Assembly: GCA_013360575.1 (NCBI GenBank)
Contig: JABWBG010000012.1
Coordinates: forward strand, 1 to 56,336
Length of the DNA stretch: 56,336 nucleotides
Reading direction: 5' to 3'
Origin: Caldilineales bacterium
GTDB lineage: Bacteria; Chloroflexota; Anaerolineae; J102
Shown here: positions 35,498 through 47,673 of the stretch, piece after piece
How positions within the stretch are numbered: position 1 is the stretch's first letter
How the letters are laid out: every line of letters begins with the position of its first letter
Notes under the pieces: generated by a model
What the model saw: only the letters and a program-made list of their open reading frames with translations
What the model was told of the DNA's origin: nothing
The model's database searches: none
Made by a program: the position numbers and the translations under genes

Positions 35498-36380
35498 CAT
35501 GATGCGCGGACGGGCGCGGTTGCCGGTGGCGCAGGCCATCGATAGTATACACCGCCAGCGCCAGCCAGATCAGGATGAACCCGGTGAGATGCGCGGTGGT
35601 GAAGGGCTCGTGATAGAGCAGGACGCCCAACAGGAATTGCAGGGTGGGCGCCAGATATTGCAGGATGCCCAGGGCCGAGAGGGGCACCCGCCGCGCCGCC
35701 GCGCCGAACAGCAGCAGAGGCACGGCCGTGACCATGCCCGCGGCCACCAGCAAGAGATGGGTGGCCGCATCCGCCTGGCCGAACGCGGCCTCGCCCCGGC
35801 TCATCAGCCACAGCAGATAGATCAGCGCCGGCGTAAACAGCGCCATCATCTCCGCGGTCAGGCTCTCCAACGAGCTGAGCGACACCCGTTTCTTCAGATA
35901 GCCATACAAGCCGAAGGTGAAGGCCAGGGTGAGGGCAATCCAGGGCAGCGAGCCGTACACCAGGGTGAGGTAAAACACGCCAACAGCGGCCAGCGCCACC
36001 GCCGCCCATTGCCCCCCGCGCAAACGCTCGCGCAGCAGCAGCACCCCCAACAGCACGCTGAGGATAGGGGTGATGAAATAGCCCAGGCTGGTCTCGACCA
36101 CAAAATCATGGGTCACACCCCAGATGTAGAGAAACCAATTGACGCCCAACAGGATGGCGGCAAGGGCAGATACAGCCATCGCCCGCGGCCGGCGTCGCAG
36201 CGCGACCAGCCAGGCCCACTGCCCGCGCCAGGTCAGGATCAGCGCCACAAAGACCAACGACCAGATCATGCGGTGCACCAGCACTTCGGAAGCAGCCACA
36301 TGGCCCAGCGCCTTCCAATAGATGGGAAACAGGCCCCACAGAGCATAGGCAGCGATGCCGTAAAGGGTGCCCCGGTTCAT
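35487..36380 (-). CDS. rarD: EamA/RarD-family permease
   Basis: LYGIAAYALWGLFPIYWK N-terminus. About 10 TM segments. ATGA overlap with the upstream acyltransferase gene. Confidence 0.75.
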   Translation of the reverse strand: MNRGTLYGIAAYALWGLFPIYWKALGHVAASEVLVHRMIWSLVFVALILTWRGQWAWLVALRRRPRAMAVSALAAILLGVNWFLYIWGVTHDFVVETSLGYFITPILSVLLGVLLLRERLRGGQWAAVALAAVGVFYLTLVYGSLPWIALTLAFTFGLYGYLKKRVSLSSLESLTAEMMALFTPALIYLLWLMSRGEAAFGQADAATHLLLVAAGMVTAVPLLLFGAAARRVPLSALGILQYLAPTLQFLLGVLLYHEPFTTAHLTGFILIWLALAVYTIDGLRHRQPRPSAHHGGR

Positions 36381-36997
36381 ACGCGCGCCGGCTCTTTATC
36401 GGGGGCCAGGGCCACAATGCCATGCCGGTGGGGATAGCGGCCCTGCACGCCTGCATAGAAGGCCCGGATCACCTCGAAATCGCGGGCAATATCGCCCGTG
36501 GGCATGAGCGCGGGGCCAATGCCCACCACTTTGGCGGCGTAATCGGCATAGCCGCAGAGGATCGGTACCTGCGCGCCCCTGGCGATATGATAGAACCCGG
36601 TCTTCCAATAGGTGCTGTATTGCCGCGTGCCCTCTGGCGCGATGGCCAGACGAAAACGGGGCAACTGCGCGAACAACTGCACCATCTGGCCGACAAACTG
36701 GTTGCGCTGGCTGCGATCCACCGGTACGCCGCCGATGGCGCGCAGCAACGGGCCAAAGGGCGGGCGGAAAAAGACATCCTTGCCCACCCAACGCATGCGC
36801 ACCCCGCCGCCAAACGCCAGCAACATCAAGGCCAGGAAGTCGGCGCCAGAGGTGTGATGCGCGCCGATGATGACGCACTTGTCGGGGATCGGGGTATCGA
36901 TTTGCACGCCCCAACCGGCCAGACGTCCGGCGCCCAGGGCGAGTTTTTGCAGGAGGGTGGTGGGAGGCAAGGAAACAGCAATGCTTTGTGCGCTCAT
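36377..36997 (-). CDS. Lysophospholipid (PlsC-type) acyltransferase family protein
   Basis: ATG at 36997. HxxxxD motif (GAHHTSGADF) and AIAPEGTR motif. The long ORF-track extension to 37861 has no protein-like features. Confidence 0.7.
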   Translation of the reverse strand: MSAQSIAVSLPPTTLLQKLALGAGRLAGWGVQIDTPIPDKCVIIGAHHTSGADFLALMLLAFGGGVRMRWVGKDVFFRPPFGPLLRAIGGVPVDRSQRNQFVGQMVQLFAQLPRFRLAIAPEGTRQYSTYWKTGFYHIARGAQVPILCGYADYAAKVVGIGPALMPTGDIARDFEVIRAFYAGVQGRYPHRHGIVALAPDKEPARV

Positions 36998-37312
36998 GAA
37001 AAAAGAGGCTCCAGGGTGGATGGGGAAGGAGAGAGGGTCAGGTATCACCACTTCCCAAACGCCCGCCTGCCCACACCCCGGTGCGAAGGTCGATGCCATC
37101 AAGAAGCTGTGATGAGGGCCGATCCTACACCCCTTTCCCGCGATCTGTCCAGTTGGGCGGCGTCTTGGGGTGGCAATCCCAAGCCCTAAAGGTTTCCAAA
37201 CCCTTTGGGGCTTTTCCCGGCGATCGCTCACGCTGCTGCGCTTGGCCAGCGCCCGCAACTCCTGGTAAGATGTGTGGTTCCCATTCGCCTCACGCCCCCT
37301 TGCCCACCCGCC

Positions 37313-38401
37313 ATGCCAGATATCACACCCGAACCTGTGAACCCGCCGCCGCTGACCGATCGCGGCTACAGCTACCGCGTCGGCACCGAGCTTTATCTGG
37401 TGCGGCATGGCGAGTCGATGACCAACATCTATAGCAACATCGTCACCTATGACCCCAATCTCACGGCGCTGGGCTGGGCGCAAGCCCTGGCCGTGGGCCG
37501 GTGGATGGCGGAACACGTCCCGGTCGATGTGGTGATCACCTCTGCCCTGCGCCGCGCGCACAGCACGGCCCTGGCCATTGCCCACGCTCAGGGCCTGCAA
37601 CCGATCACCGTGGCCGGGTTGGAGGAGTTCAGCCTTGATTTTTGGGAAGAGCTGCCCCTGCATCACCCCACCCAGCCCTGGCTGGGCCGCTGTGAATGGC
37701 AGGCGACCAGCGCCGGGCAGCCAGCTTTCGTGGCCTTTCGCGACCGCATCCACGCCGCCCTGGCCGCGATCCTGGCCGAATTCAACGGCCAGCGCATTTG
37801 CCTGGTCAGCCACGGTGGGGTGATGAATGTGATCACCGCGGCCATGCTCGGCAGCAGCCACCTCTCATTGTGGACGGAAAACACCGGCATCAGCCATTTT
37901 CTGTGGCCAGAGTGGCAACGCTGGCTGGCCACGTATATCAATCGCCGCGAACACCTGCTCAGCCTCGACCCCGCCGCGTACCCGCGTGTACCCGAAGCCA
38001 CGCCTGCTGGCAACGGCCAGTTCGCTCTGCCCGATCGCCTGATCCGATCCTGGGCCGACCTGCCCGCGTATCCGGCGCTGGCCTTCCTCAGCAACCGGTT
38101 GCGCCGCAGCGACCGTATCCTCTTCCTGCGCCCACCCGACCCGATCACGCCGCTGCGGGTATCGCTGCGGGCGCGCAGCGCGGCCATCCTGCATGATGAC
38201 CTGGCCGCGCTGGAGATAGGCGAACTGCGCCGGGCCACACTCAATGCCAACCACATCCGTTACCAATACCTGTTCACCCCCCTGCCCTATGCCGACGGCC
38301 ACTTCGACGTGGTCGTAGCGCCGGCAGGCGACCCCGCCCTCGCCTCCGAAATCACCCGCGTCCTCAAACACCCCGATGGACTGATCGAGATGAATTCGTA
38401 A
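37313..38401 (+). CDS. Histidine phosphatase family protein with a C-terminal degenerate methyltransferase-like domain
   Basis: LYLVRHGESMTN (RHG motif) and LVSHGGVM. C-terminal PLPYADGHFDVVVA..EITRVLKHPDGLI resembles Methyltransf_11, but the GxGxG site reads ILFLRPPDP. Confidence 0.7.
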   Translation: MPDITPEPVNPPPLTDRGYSYRVGTELYLVRHGESMTNIYSNIVTYDPNLTALGWAQALAVGRWMAEHVPVDVVITSALRRAHSTALAIAHAQGLQPITVAGLEEFSLDFWEELPLHHPTQPWLGRCEWQATSAGQPAFVAFRDRIHAALAAILAEFNGQRICLVSHGGVMNVITAAMLGSSHLSLWTENTGISHFLWPEWQRWLATYINRREHLLSLDPAAYPRVPEATPAGNGQFALPDRLIRSWADLPAYPALAFLSNRLRRSDRILFLRPPDPITPLRVSLRARSAAILHDDLAALEIGELRRATLNANHIRYQYLFTPLPYADGHFDVVVAPAGDPALASEITRVLKHPDGLIEMNS

Positions 38402-38553
38402 TGATTGATAATCAATGATTAATGATTAATTATCGAATACCGAATACTGACCACTGAATACTGACCACTGAATACTGACCACTGAATACTGACCACTGAA
38501 TACTGACCCCTGAATACTGACCACTGAATACTGACCACTGACCCCTGACCCCT
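38402..38553. repeat. AATGATT motif followed by about 7.5 tandem copies of CTGACCACTGAATA, abutting the uvrA ATG
   Basis: 14-bp units run from 38447 to 38553 with variants (ctgacccctgaata). There is no inverted partner. uvrA starts at 38554 without an SD. Confidence 0.9.
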
Positions 38554-41490
<2,937 letters not shown>

Positions 41491-41496
<6 letters not shown>

Positions 41497-41643
41497 GTCA
41501 GTTGCACGACCGCCCAGCGATTCAGCTCGATAGCGAGTCGCTGCAGGCGGTTGCCTTATCTAAGTGCCTTCTAAGTGAGTTGCACGACCGCCCAACGATT
41601 CAGCTCGATAGCGAGTCGCTGCAGGCGGTCGTGCAACTCACTT
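41491..41643. repeat. 79-bp tandem duplication that includes the uvrA stop codon; the second copy closes into a 19-bp perfect hairpin
   Basis: ttctaagt(c/g)agttgcacgaccgccca(g/a)cgattcagctcgatagcgagtcgctgcaggcgg occurs at 41491 and 41570. agtgagttgcacgaccgcc (41575-41593) pairs with ggcggtcgtgcaactcact (41625-41643). Confidence 0.85.
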
Positions 41644-41654
41644 GCGAGCCTATC

Positions 41655-44600
41655 ATGCCGCCGCCGACTGTAAGCCCCTCCATCGCCGACTTCGGCGATC
41701 TCAATCCCACCGCGCACCTGGCCGCGCTCACCCGCGCCCAGGATCTCTTCACCGCGCTGCTGCGCGTCAGCGCCCGCGTGCACACCGCGGCCACCCCCGC
41801 CCAGGTGATGGAGACCCTGGGCGCAGAGCTGCTGGCCCTGGGCATGCACTGCGCGGTGCTGCTACTCTCTGAGGAGGGCAGCGACGACGGTACGTCGTAT
41901 CTCCAGGCCGCCTACGTATCCCTGGACGAGGCCGCTCGCCGTAACGCCCGCGTCGCCCATCTCGGCCAGGCGGAGCCGCTGAAGATGCCGCTGCGCTCCC
42001 TCCCCTTCTGGCCCGATCTGATCGCCGGCGGCGAAGCGGTCTATTTTCACAGCCCCACGGAGGTGATCGAGCACTTCCTCCCTGCCCCCGCCCGCGCCCA
42101 CGCCCGCACCCTGCTGCAACAGGCCGGCGTCCACGCCGATCTCAAGGGCGCGCTGCTGCTGATGCGCACCGAAGGCAAACCCCTGGGCTTGCTCGCCATC
42201 TGGGGGCCGGAGATCGCGCCGCAAGACCGCACGGCCATGATGCTCTTCGCCGACCAGATCGCCGCCGCCCTGGAAATGTCGCGGCTGCGCCAGCAACAGA
42301 CCGCCCACCGCCTGCGCCAGCAACAAGCCTTGCAGCGCTTCTCCCAAGCCCTGCTGGAGGCCGTGGGGCCGGACGCCATCTTCGCCTACACCCTCCAAGC
42401 CCTGCAGGAAACCCTCCAGCCCGATCTCTGCGAGATCCTCCTCCCCCATCCCCAGGGCGGCCTGCTGCTGGCCGCAGCCCACGGCTGGCCCGCAGCCTTC
42501 GTCGGCAGCCTGCACATCAAAAAGGCCAGCGACCAATCCCTGGCCCAGTTCGTCCTGCAGGAAAAGAAGGTCGTGGCCGTGTCCGACTTTGCCCACGAAA
42601 CCCGCTTCCTCGCCCCCTCCCTCTTCCTCCGTCAGGGCATCCGCGCCAGCCTCAGCGCGCCCATGCTCGTCGCCGATCAGGCCCTGGGCGTGGTCTGCGC
42701 CCTCTGGCGCACGCCCCGCCCCGACGCCGCCCCCCCCGAGGGCGACGCCGACCAGCGTCTGCTCAGCCTCATCGCCAACAGCGCCGCCCAGGCCCTGACC
42801 CGCGCCCAGTTGCTGGCCGCCGCCCAGCGCAACGCCCTGGAAATGGCCGCGCTCTACGACACCGCCCTCGCCCTCACCGCCCAGCCCAATCTCGCCGATC
42901 TCCTGCCCGCCATCATGCGCCGCGCCGCCGAACTGTTGGGCGCCAGCATCGGCGCCCTCTATCTCCTCGATCCCCAACAACACGTCCTGCGCATGGCCGT
43001 GCCCTACAACCTGCCCCCCGCCCTCGATCATGTCGTCCTGCAGTTGGGCGAAGGCATCTCCGGCCGCATTGCCCAAAGCGGCCAGCCCATGGTGATCGAG
43101 GACTACGAAACCTGGCCCCACCATGCCGCCGCCTACCACGGCTACCCTTTCCATTGCGTCGCCGCCGTCCCCCTGATCGTGCGCGGGCAGATCATCGGCG
43201 TGCTCAATATCGCCTCCGATCAAAAAAACGTGCGCTTCGGCCCCGAACATCTGCGCTTGCTCCAGCTCTTTGCCGATCACGCGGCCATCGCCATCGAAAA
43301 CGCCCGCCTGCTGGAAAGTGAACAGCAGCAACTGCGCCTGACCGAAGCCCTGCGCCAGATCGGCCTCATCCTCGGCGCCAGCCTCGATCTGGAAACGATC
43401 TTCGACCGCCTACTGGAGCTGATCCAGCGCATTATCCCCCTCGACGGCGGCTGCGTCTTCACCGTGCAGGAGGGCATAGCCAAGATCGCCCGCTCCATCA
43501 ATTACCAGGCGCACGACCAGGCCGTGGCCCAGGCCCTGCAAACCCTGAGCCTGCCCGTGGCCGCCACACCCAACCTCCGCCGCGTGGCCGAGATGGGGCG
43601 AGCGCTGCGCATCGCCGATACCCAGGCAGACCCCGACTGGGTGCAGGTCTTCCCCCACTCCCCCTTCCGCTCCTGGCTGGGCGCGCCCATCCTCCTGGGT
43701 GAAGAGGTCATTGCCTTCTTCTCCATCGAGAAGATCGAGCCCGACTTCTACCAGGCGCACCACGCCCAGGCCCTGGACCTTTTCAGCCGCCAGGCCGCCA
43801 TTGCCCTGGAAAACGCCCGCCTCTTCGCCGCGGAACGCCAACAGCTCCTCCTCTCGCAGACGCTGCAGGCCCTGGGCGCGCTGCTCACCACCGAATACAC
43901 CCTCAGCGAGGTGCTGGACCGCACCCTCACCCTGCTCCGCCAGGTCGTGGCCTTCGACAGCGCCTCCATCTATCTCTTCGACCCGGCCGGCCATCCCCGT
44001 TTCTATGCCGGGCGCGGCTTTGCGGACATCCAGCGCTTGCAGACGCTGATGGATAGCCACGGGCCTGCCATCCTCGCCCGCTTCCATTCTCACCAGATCC
44101 AGGTCATCGCCGATACCCGCGCCGAGCCCACCTGGGTGGATATGGCCGAAACCAGGGCCATCCGCTCCTGGATCGGCGCACCCTTGCTGATCAAGGGCCA
44201 GCTGATCGGCGCCCTCAATGTGGATAGCCACCAGCCCCACACCTTCGACACCCAGATCGCCCAAACCGTGATGGCCTTCGCCAACCAGGCCGCGGTCGCC
44301 ATCGAGAACGCCCGCCTCTTTGCCGAGGTGCAGCAGCGCGCCCGCCATTCCGAGACGCTGAACGCCATCATCGCCGCCGCCGCCGCGGCCGACGATTTAC
44401 AGGCCCTGCTTGACGCCACCCTGCCGCAACTCCTCCAAGCCCTTGCCGCCCCCCAGGGCATGATCCGCATCCACGGCGGCGGCCATGTAGGGGCTCCCAC
44501 ACAGGGGCGCCCCTACGTGACCGCCGCCGTGGCCGCCGCCGGCCTCCCCCCCGCCTGCGTCGACGCGCTCTCCCCCCTGGCCGCGGGCCCCGCCCCATTC

Positions 44601-45896
44601 GATCTGGACGCGCGCCTGGCCGCGCACAGCGACCTGACCTATCTGCACCTGCCCATCCAACAGCAGGGACAAGCCATCGGCGATCTCTACCTGGGCGATA
44701 CCGCCCCCCGCTCCTGGACAGCCGCCGAAATCGCCCTGGCCGAAGCCGCAACCCGCCAGCTCGCCGCCGCCGCCGAGCGCATCAGCCTGCTGATGCAGAC
44801 GCAGGCCCAGGCGCGGCTGATGCAGCAACTCGTAGACACCGTGCCCGAAGGTGTGCTCTGGCTGGACGCCCAGCATCGCCCCGCCCTCGTCAACCCCGCC
44901 GCAGCCGCCATGCTGCATCTGCTGGCCCGCTACGACGCGGCCGGCAGCCTCACCCATCTGGGGGATGTGGGCCTCGCCCAGATGCTCGCCCCCGCCAGCC
45001 AGGCTGACGTCGCCCTCGCCCAGGGGGGCCGCCATTTCGAGATCGCCTCCCGGGCCTTGACCGAGGGAGAAGAATGGGTGCTGGTGCTGCGCGATGTCAC
45101 AGGGCAACGGCAGCAGCAGGAGCGGGAGCAGCAGCGCCAACGCCTGGTCGCGGTGGGGCAGATGGCCGCCGGTATTGCCCACGACTTCAACAACATCTTG
45201 CAGGGCATCATCGGTTTCGCCGACTTGCTGCAAAAACGCGAGGACATGCCCACCGCGGCCCGCCGTCACTTGCAGCTCCTGGCCGAACAGGGCCGCCGTG
45301 GCGCCGCCCTCGTCCGCCAGATCCTCGACTTCAGCCGCCAATCGGTGATCGATAAACGCCGGCACGATCTCGCCACCCTCGCCCAAGAGGCCATTGCCCT
45401 GCTCCACCCCAGCCTGCCCCCCACCATCCACATCGAACTGCACAGCGACCCCCCGCCCCATCCCATCGCCGCCGATCCCGCCCAGATCCAACGCCTGTTG
45501 ACCAATCTCATCTTCAACGCCCGCGATGCCATGCCCCGGGGAGGCGCGATCCGCCTGCACGTGCAGCGCTTGCAGGTCGCAGCCGGCGCAGCCCTGCCCC
45601 TGCCGGAGATGTGGCCGGGCGACTGGGTGACGCTGACAGTGCAGGACACCGGCGCCGGCATCTCCCCCGAGGTGCTCCCCTTCATCTTCGAGCCTTTCTA
45701 CACCACCAAGGGCGCGTCCGGCGGCACAGGCCTGGGGCTGGCGCAGGTCTACGGCATCATGCGCCAGCATGACGGCTTCATCAAGGCCCATCCAACCGCC
45801 GCCGCTGGCGACGACACCAGGGGCGCCTGTTTCACCCTCTATTTCCCTCTGGCCGCCAGCACACCCGCAGACGCAGCCCCCCTCACGGAAATCTAA
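41655..45896 (+). CDS. Multi-GAF/PAS sensor histidine kinase (about 1,413 aa)
   Basis: Repeated GAF-type endings (..AIAIENARL.. x5). H-box AAGIAHDFNNILQGIIGFADLL. HATPase N/G boxes: NLIFNARDAM, DTGAGISPEV and GGTGLGLAQVYGIM. Start uncertain; ATG at 41655 is the first after the repeat. Confidence 0.8.
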   Translation: MPPPTVSPSIADFGDLNPTAHLAALTRAQDLFTALLRVSARVHTAATPAQVMETLGAELLALGMHCAVLLLSEEGSDDGTSYLQAAYVSLDEAARRNARVAHLGQAEPLKMPLRSLPFWPDLIAGGEAVYFHSPTEVIEHFLPAPARAHARTLLQQAGVHADLKGALLLMRTEGKPLGLLAIWGPEIAPQDRTAMMLFADQIAAALEMSRLRQQQTAHRLRQQQALQRFSQALLEAVGPDAIFAYTLQALQETLQPDLCEILLPHPQGGLLLAAAHGWPAAFVGSLHIKKASDQSLAQFVLQEKKVVAVSDFAHETRFLAPSLFLRQGIRASLSAPMLVADQALGVVCALWRTPRPDAAPPEGDADQRLLSLIANSAAQALTRAQLLAAAQRNALEMAALYDTALALTAQPNLADLLPAIMRRAAELLGASIGALYLLDPQQHVLRMAVPYNLPPALDHVVLQLGEGISGRIAQSGQPMVIEDYETWPHHAAAYHGYPFHCVAAVPLIVRGQIIGVLNIASDQKNVRFGPEHLRLLQLFADHAAIAIENARLLESEQQQLRLTEALRQIGLILGASLDLETIFDRLLELIQRIIPLDGGCVFTVQEGIAKIARSINYQAHDQAVAQALQTLSLPVAATPNLRRVAEMGRALRIADTQADPDWVQVFPHSPFRSWLGAPILLGEEVIAFFSIEKIEPDFYQAHHAQALDLFSRQAAIALENARLFAAERQQLLLSQTLQALGALLTTEYTLSEVLDRTLTLLRQVVAFDSASIYLFDPAGHPRFYAGRGFADIQRLQTLMDSHGPAILARFHSHQIQVIADTRAEPTWVDMAETRAIRSWIGAPLLIKGQLIGALNVDSHQPHTFDTQIAQTVMAFANQAAVAIENARLFAEVQQRARHSETLNAIIAAAAAADDLQALLDATLPQLLQALAAPQGMIRIHGGGHVGAPTQGRPYVTAAVAAAGLPPACVDALSPLAAGPAPFDLDARLAAHSDLTYLHLPIQQQGQAIGDLYLGDTAPRSWTAAEIALAEAATRQLAAAAERISLLMQTQAQARLMQQLVDTVPEGVLWLDAQHRPALVNPAAAAMLHLLARYDAAGSLTHLGDVGLAQMLAPASQADVALAQGGRHFEIASRALTEGEEWVLVLRDVTGQRQQQEREQQRQRLVAVGQMAAGIAHDFNNILQGIIGFADLLQKREDMPTAARRHLQLLAEQGRRGAALVRQILDFSRQSVIDKRRHDLATLAQEAIALLHPSLPPTIHIELHSDPPPHPIAADPAQIQRLLTNLIFNARDAMPRGGAIRLHVQRLQVAAGAALPLPEMWPGDWVTLTVQDTGAGISPEVLPFIFEPFYTTKGASGGTGLGLAQVYGIMRQHDGFIKAHPTAAAGDDTRGACFTLYFPLAASTPADAAPLTEI

Positions 45897-45898
45897 CC

Positions 45899-47545
45899 AT
45901 GGCCCACGTACTCATTGTCGATGACGATGCCCTGGTGCGCGAACTCTATAGCCTCTGGCTGCAGGAGAGGGGACACACCACATGGCAAGCCGATTCGGTA
46001 GCCGCGGCCCAGGCGATCCTGAATCGCCAGCCCTGCGATGTGGTGATCAGTGACATCCGCATGACGCACGCCAACGGCATCGACCTCCTGGCCTGGATCG
46101 GTCAGCAGGAGGAGCATCTGCCTGTCATCCTCATCACCGGCGCCCCGGCCGTGGATACGGCGGTCAGCGCCCTCCGCCTGAACGCCTACGATTATCTGCT
46201 CAAACCGATCGAAGAAGCGCAACTGGCGCAGAGTGTGGAACGGGCGGATCAGTATCACCGCCTCCTGCACGAAAAAGAACGCCTGCAACGGGAAAATATG
46301 CGCTATCAGCAGGAATTGGAGGCGCGCGTGGCCGCGCAAACCGCAGCCCTGCATCGCCTCAACCAACGTCTGCTGACGCTGCACCAACTCGTGCAGAGCA
46401 TGAACACACTGAACGAGGATGCCCATCTGCACGCCGCCGCCCTGGCCGAAGCGCGATCCGCGTTCAGGTTCGATCTCCTCGCCCTGCTCACCATCCATTG
46501 GGATGAGGCCTATTTCGAGACCCTGTCCCTGCACACCGCCGCCGAGATCAAGCGGGGGGAGGTGTTCCTGGACCTCGCCCAGCCAGAGTTGCGCGCCGCT
46601 ATCGCCCAGGATCGTCCTTTGCTTATCAACCACATCACCCCGGAGGCGGCCTGGTTGCGCCTGCCCGAACTGCCCCTGCGCTCCCTGGGCATCTTCCCCG
46701 CCCTGAACGAGTGGCCCATCCGCACCACCCTCCTTGCCGTGGGACACACCACAGAGGACGCCTTCGATGGCAGCGCCGAGTTGGTGTTGAAGACCCTGGC
46801 CGGGCATCTGCGGGCGGTGCTGATCAACACCCGCCTGTACACGCAAGTGCGTCAGGCCCTGCGCGTGCGTGAGGAGGTGCTGCAAAATGTCTCGCACGAG
46901 TTGCGCACCCCCCTTGCCATCATTCAGGGCTACGCAGAAGTGCTGCGCGCTCAGGACGCGGCCGCCGACAGCCTGATCGACGCCGGTCTGGCCGCCATTC
47001 TCGAGCAATCGCAGCATCTGCATCATCTGGTGGATCAGTTGATCGCCTTCCACGAGATCGCCAGCACGCCGCTACAGCGCACGCGCGTGCACGTGGGCTT
47101 GTGGGTGCAGACGGTGGCAGGGGGGTGGCGGCGGGTGCTGGCCACGCGCGGCCAGACGTTGGAACTGCATCTGGCCGCGAATGTGGGAGATGTCAGCGCC
47201 AACGCCGACTATCTGCAGCAGGTGCTGAACAACATAATCAGCAACGCCCACAAATTCAGCCCAGATGGCAGCGTCATTGTGGCGCGCGCCTGGCGGCAGC
47301 AGGCCGAGGTGTACATCGCCATCACCGATCAGGGCATCGGCCTGGCAGCGGAGCAATTGCCCCTGATTTTCGAACGGTTCTACCAGGCCGATAGCGGGGC
47401 GAACCGCCAGTTCGCGGGCATGGGCCTGGGCCTCTCCCTGGCGCAGCAGATCATCGAACGCCATGGCGGGCGCATCTGGGCCGAGAGCGCGGGGCTGGGG
47501 CAGGGCGTGACCATCACCTTCACCCTGCCAGCCATCGGCGGTTAA
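45899..47545 (+). CDS. Hybrid response regulator (REC) - GAF-like - histidine kinase
   Basis: REC: VLIVDDDALVRE..VVISDIRMTHANGIDLL..ITGAP. H-box VSHELRTPLAIIQGY. HATPase NAHKFS, DQGIGL and GMGLGLSLAQQII. Confidence 0.85.
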   Translation: MAHVLIVDDDALVRELYSLWLQERGHTTWQADSVAAAQAILNRQPCDVVISDIRMTHANGIDLLAWIGQQEEHLPVILITGAPAVDTAVSALRLNAYDYLLKPIEEAQLAQSVERADQYHRLLHEKERLQRENMRYQQELEARVAAQTAALHRLNQRLLTLHQLVQSMNTLNEDAHLHAAALAEARSAFRFDLLALLTIHWDEAYFETLSLHTAAEIKRGEVFLDLAQPELRAAIAQDRPLLINHITPEAAWLRLPELPLRSLGIFPALNEWPIRTTLLAVGHTTEDAFDGSAELVLKTLAGHLRAVLINTRLYTQVRQALRVREEVLQNVSHELRTPLAIIQGYAEVLRAQDAAADSLIDAGLAAILEQSQHLHHLVDQLIAFHEIASTPLQRTRVHVGLWVQTVAGGWRRVLATRGQTLELHLAANVGDVSANADYLQQVLNNIISNAHKFSPDGSVIVARAWRQQAEVYIAITDQGIGLAAEQLPLIFERFYQADSGANRQFAGMGLGLSLAQQIIERHGGRIWAESAGLGQGVTITFTLPAIGG

Positions 47546-47673
47546 CCGCTGTCCTGTGCATTTGGGCCCGGCCTCTCTTGGCGCGGCGCGGCCTCTCCTG
47601 CTATACTCCCCCTCTCATTTTTTTCATTCCACACTGTTGGCCCCTCGTACAGGGGACCGCCAACGGAGGTCAC

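Noticed and set aside
36998-37861. The 494-aa ORF-track model (36377-37861, minus strand) as a large fusion protein.
   Set aside because: Only the last 206 aa show acyltransferase motifs. The upstream ~290 aa are low-complexity, overlap the divergent histidine-phosphatase gene (whose ATG is at 37313) on the other strand, and lack a start context.
38447-38553. Regularly spaced 14-bp repeats (and the two 60-bp repeats at 41491-41629) as a possible CRISPR array.
   Set aside because: The 14-mers are contiguous with no spacers. The 60-bp repeat has only two copies separated by 19 bp. No cas genes are present.
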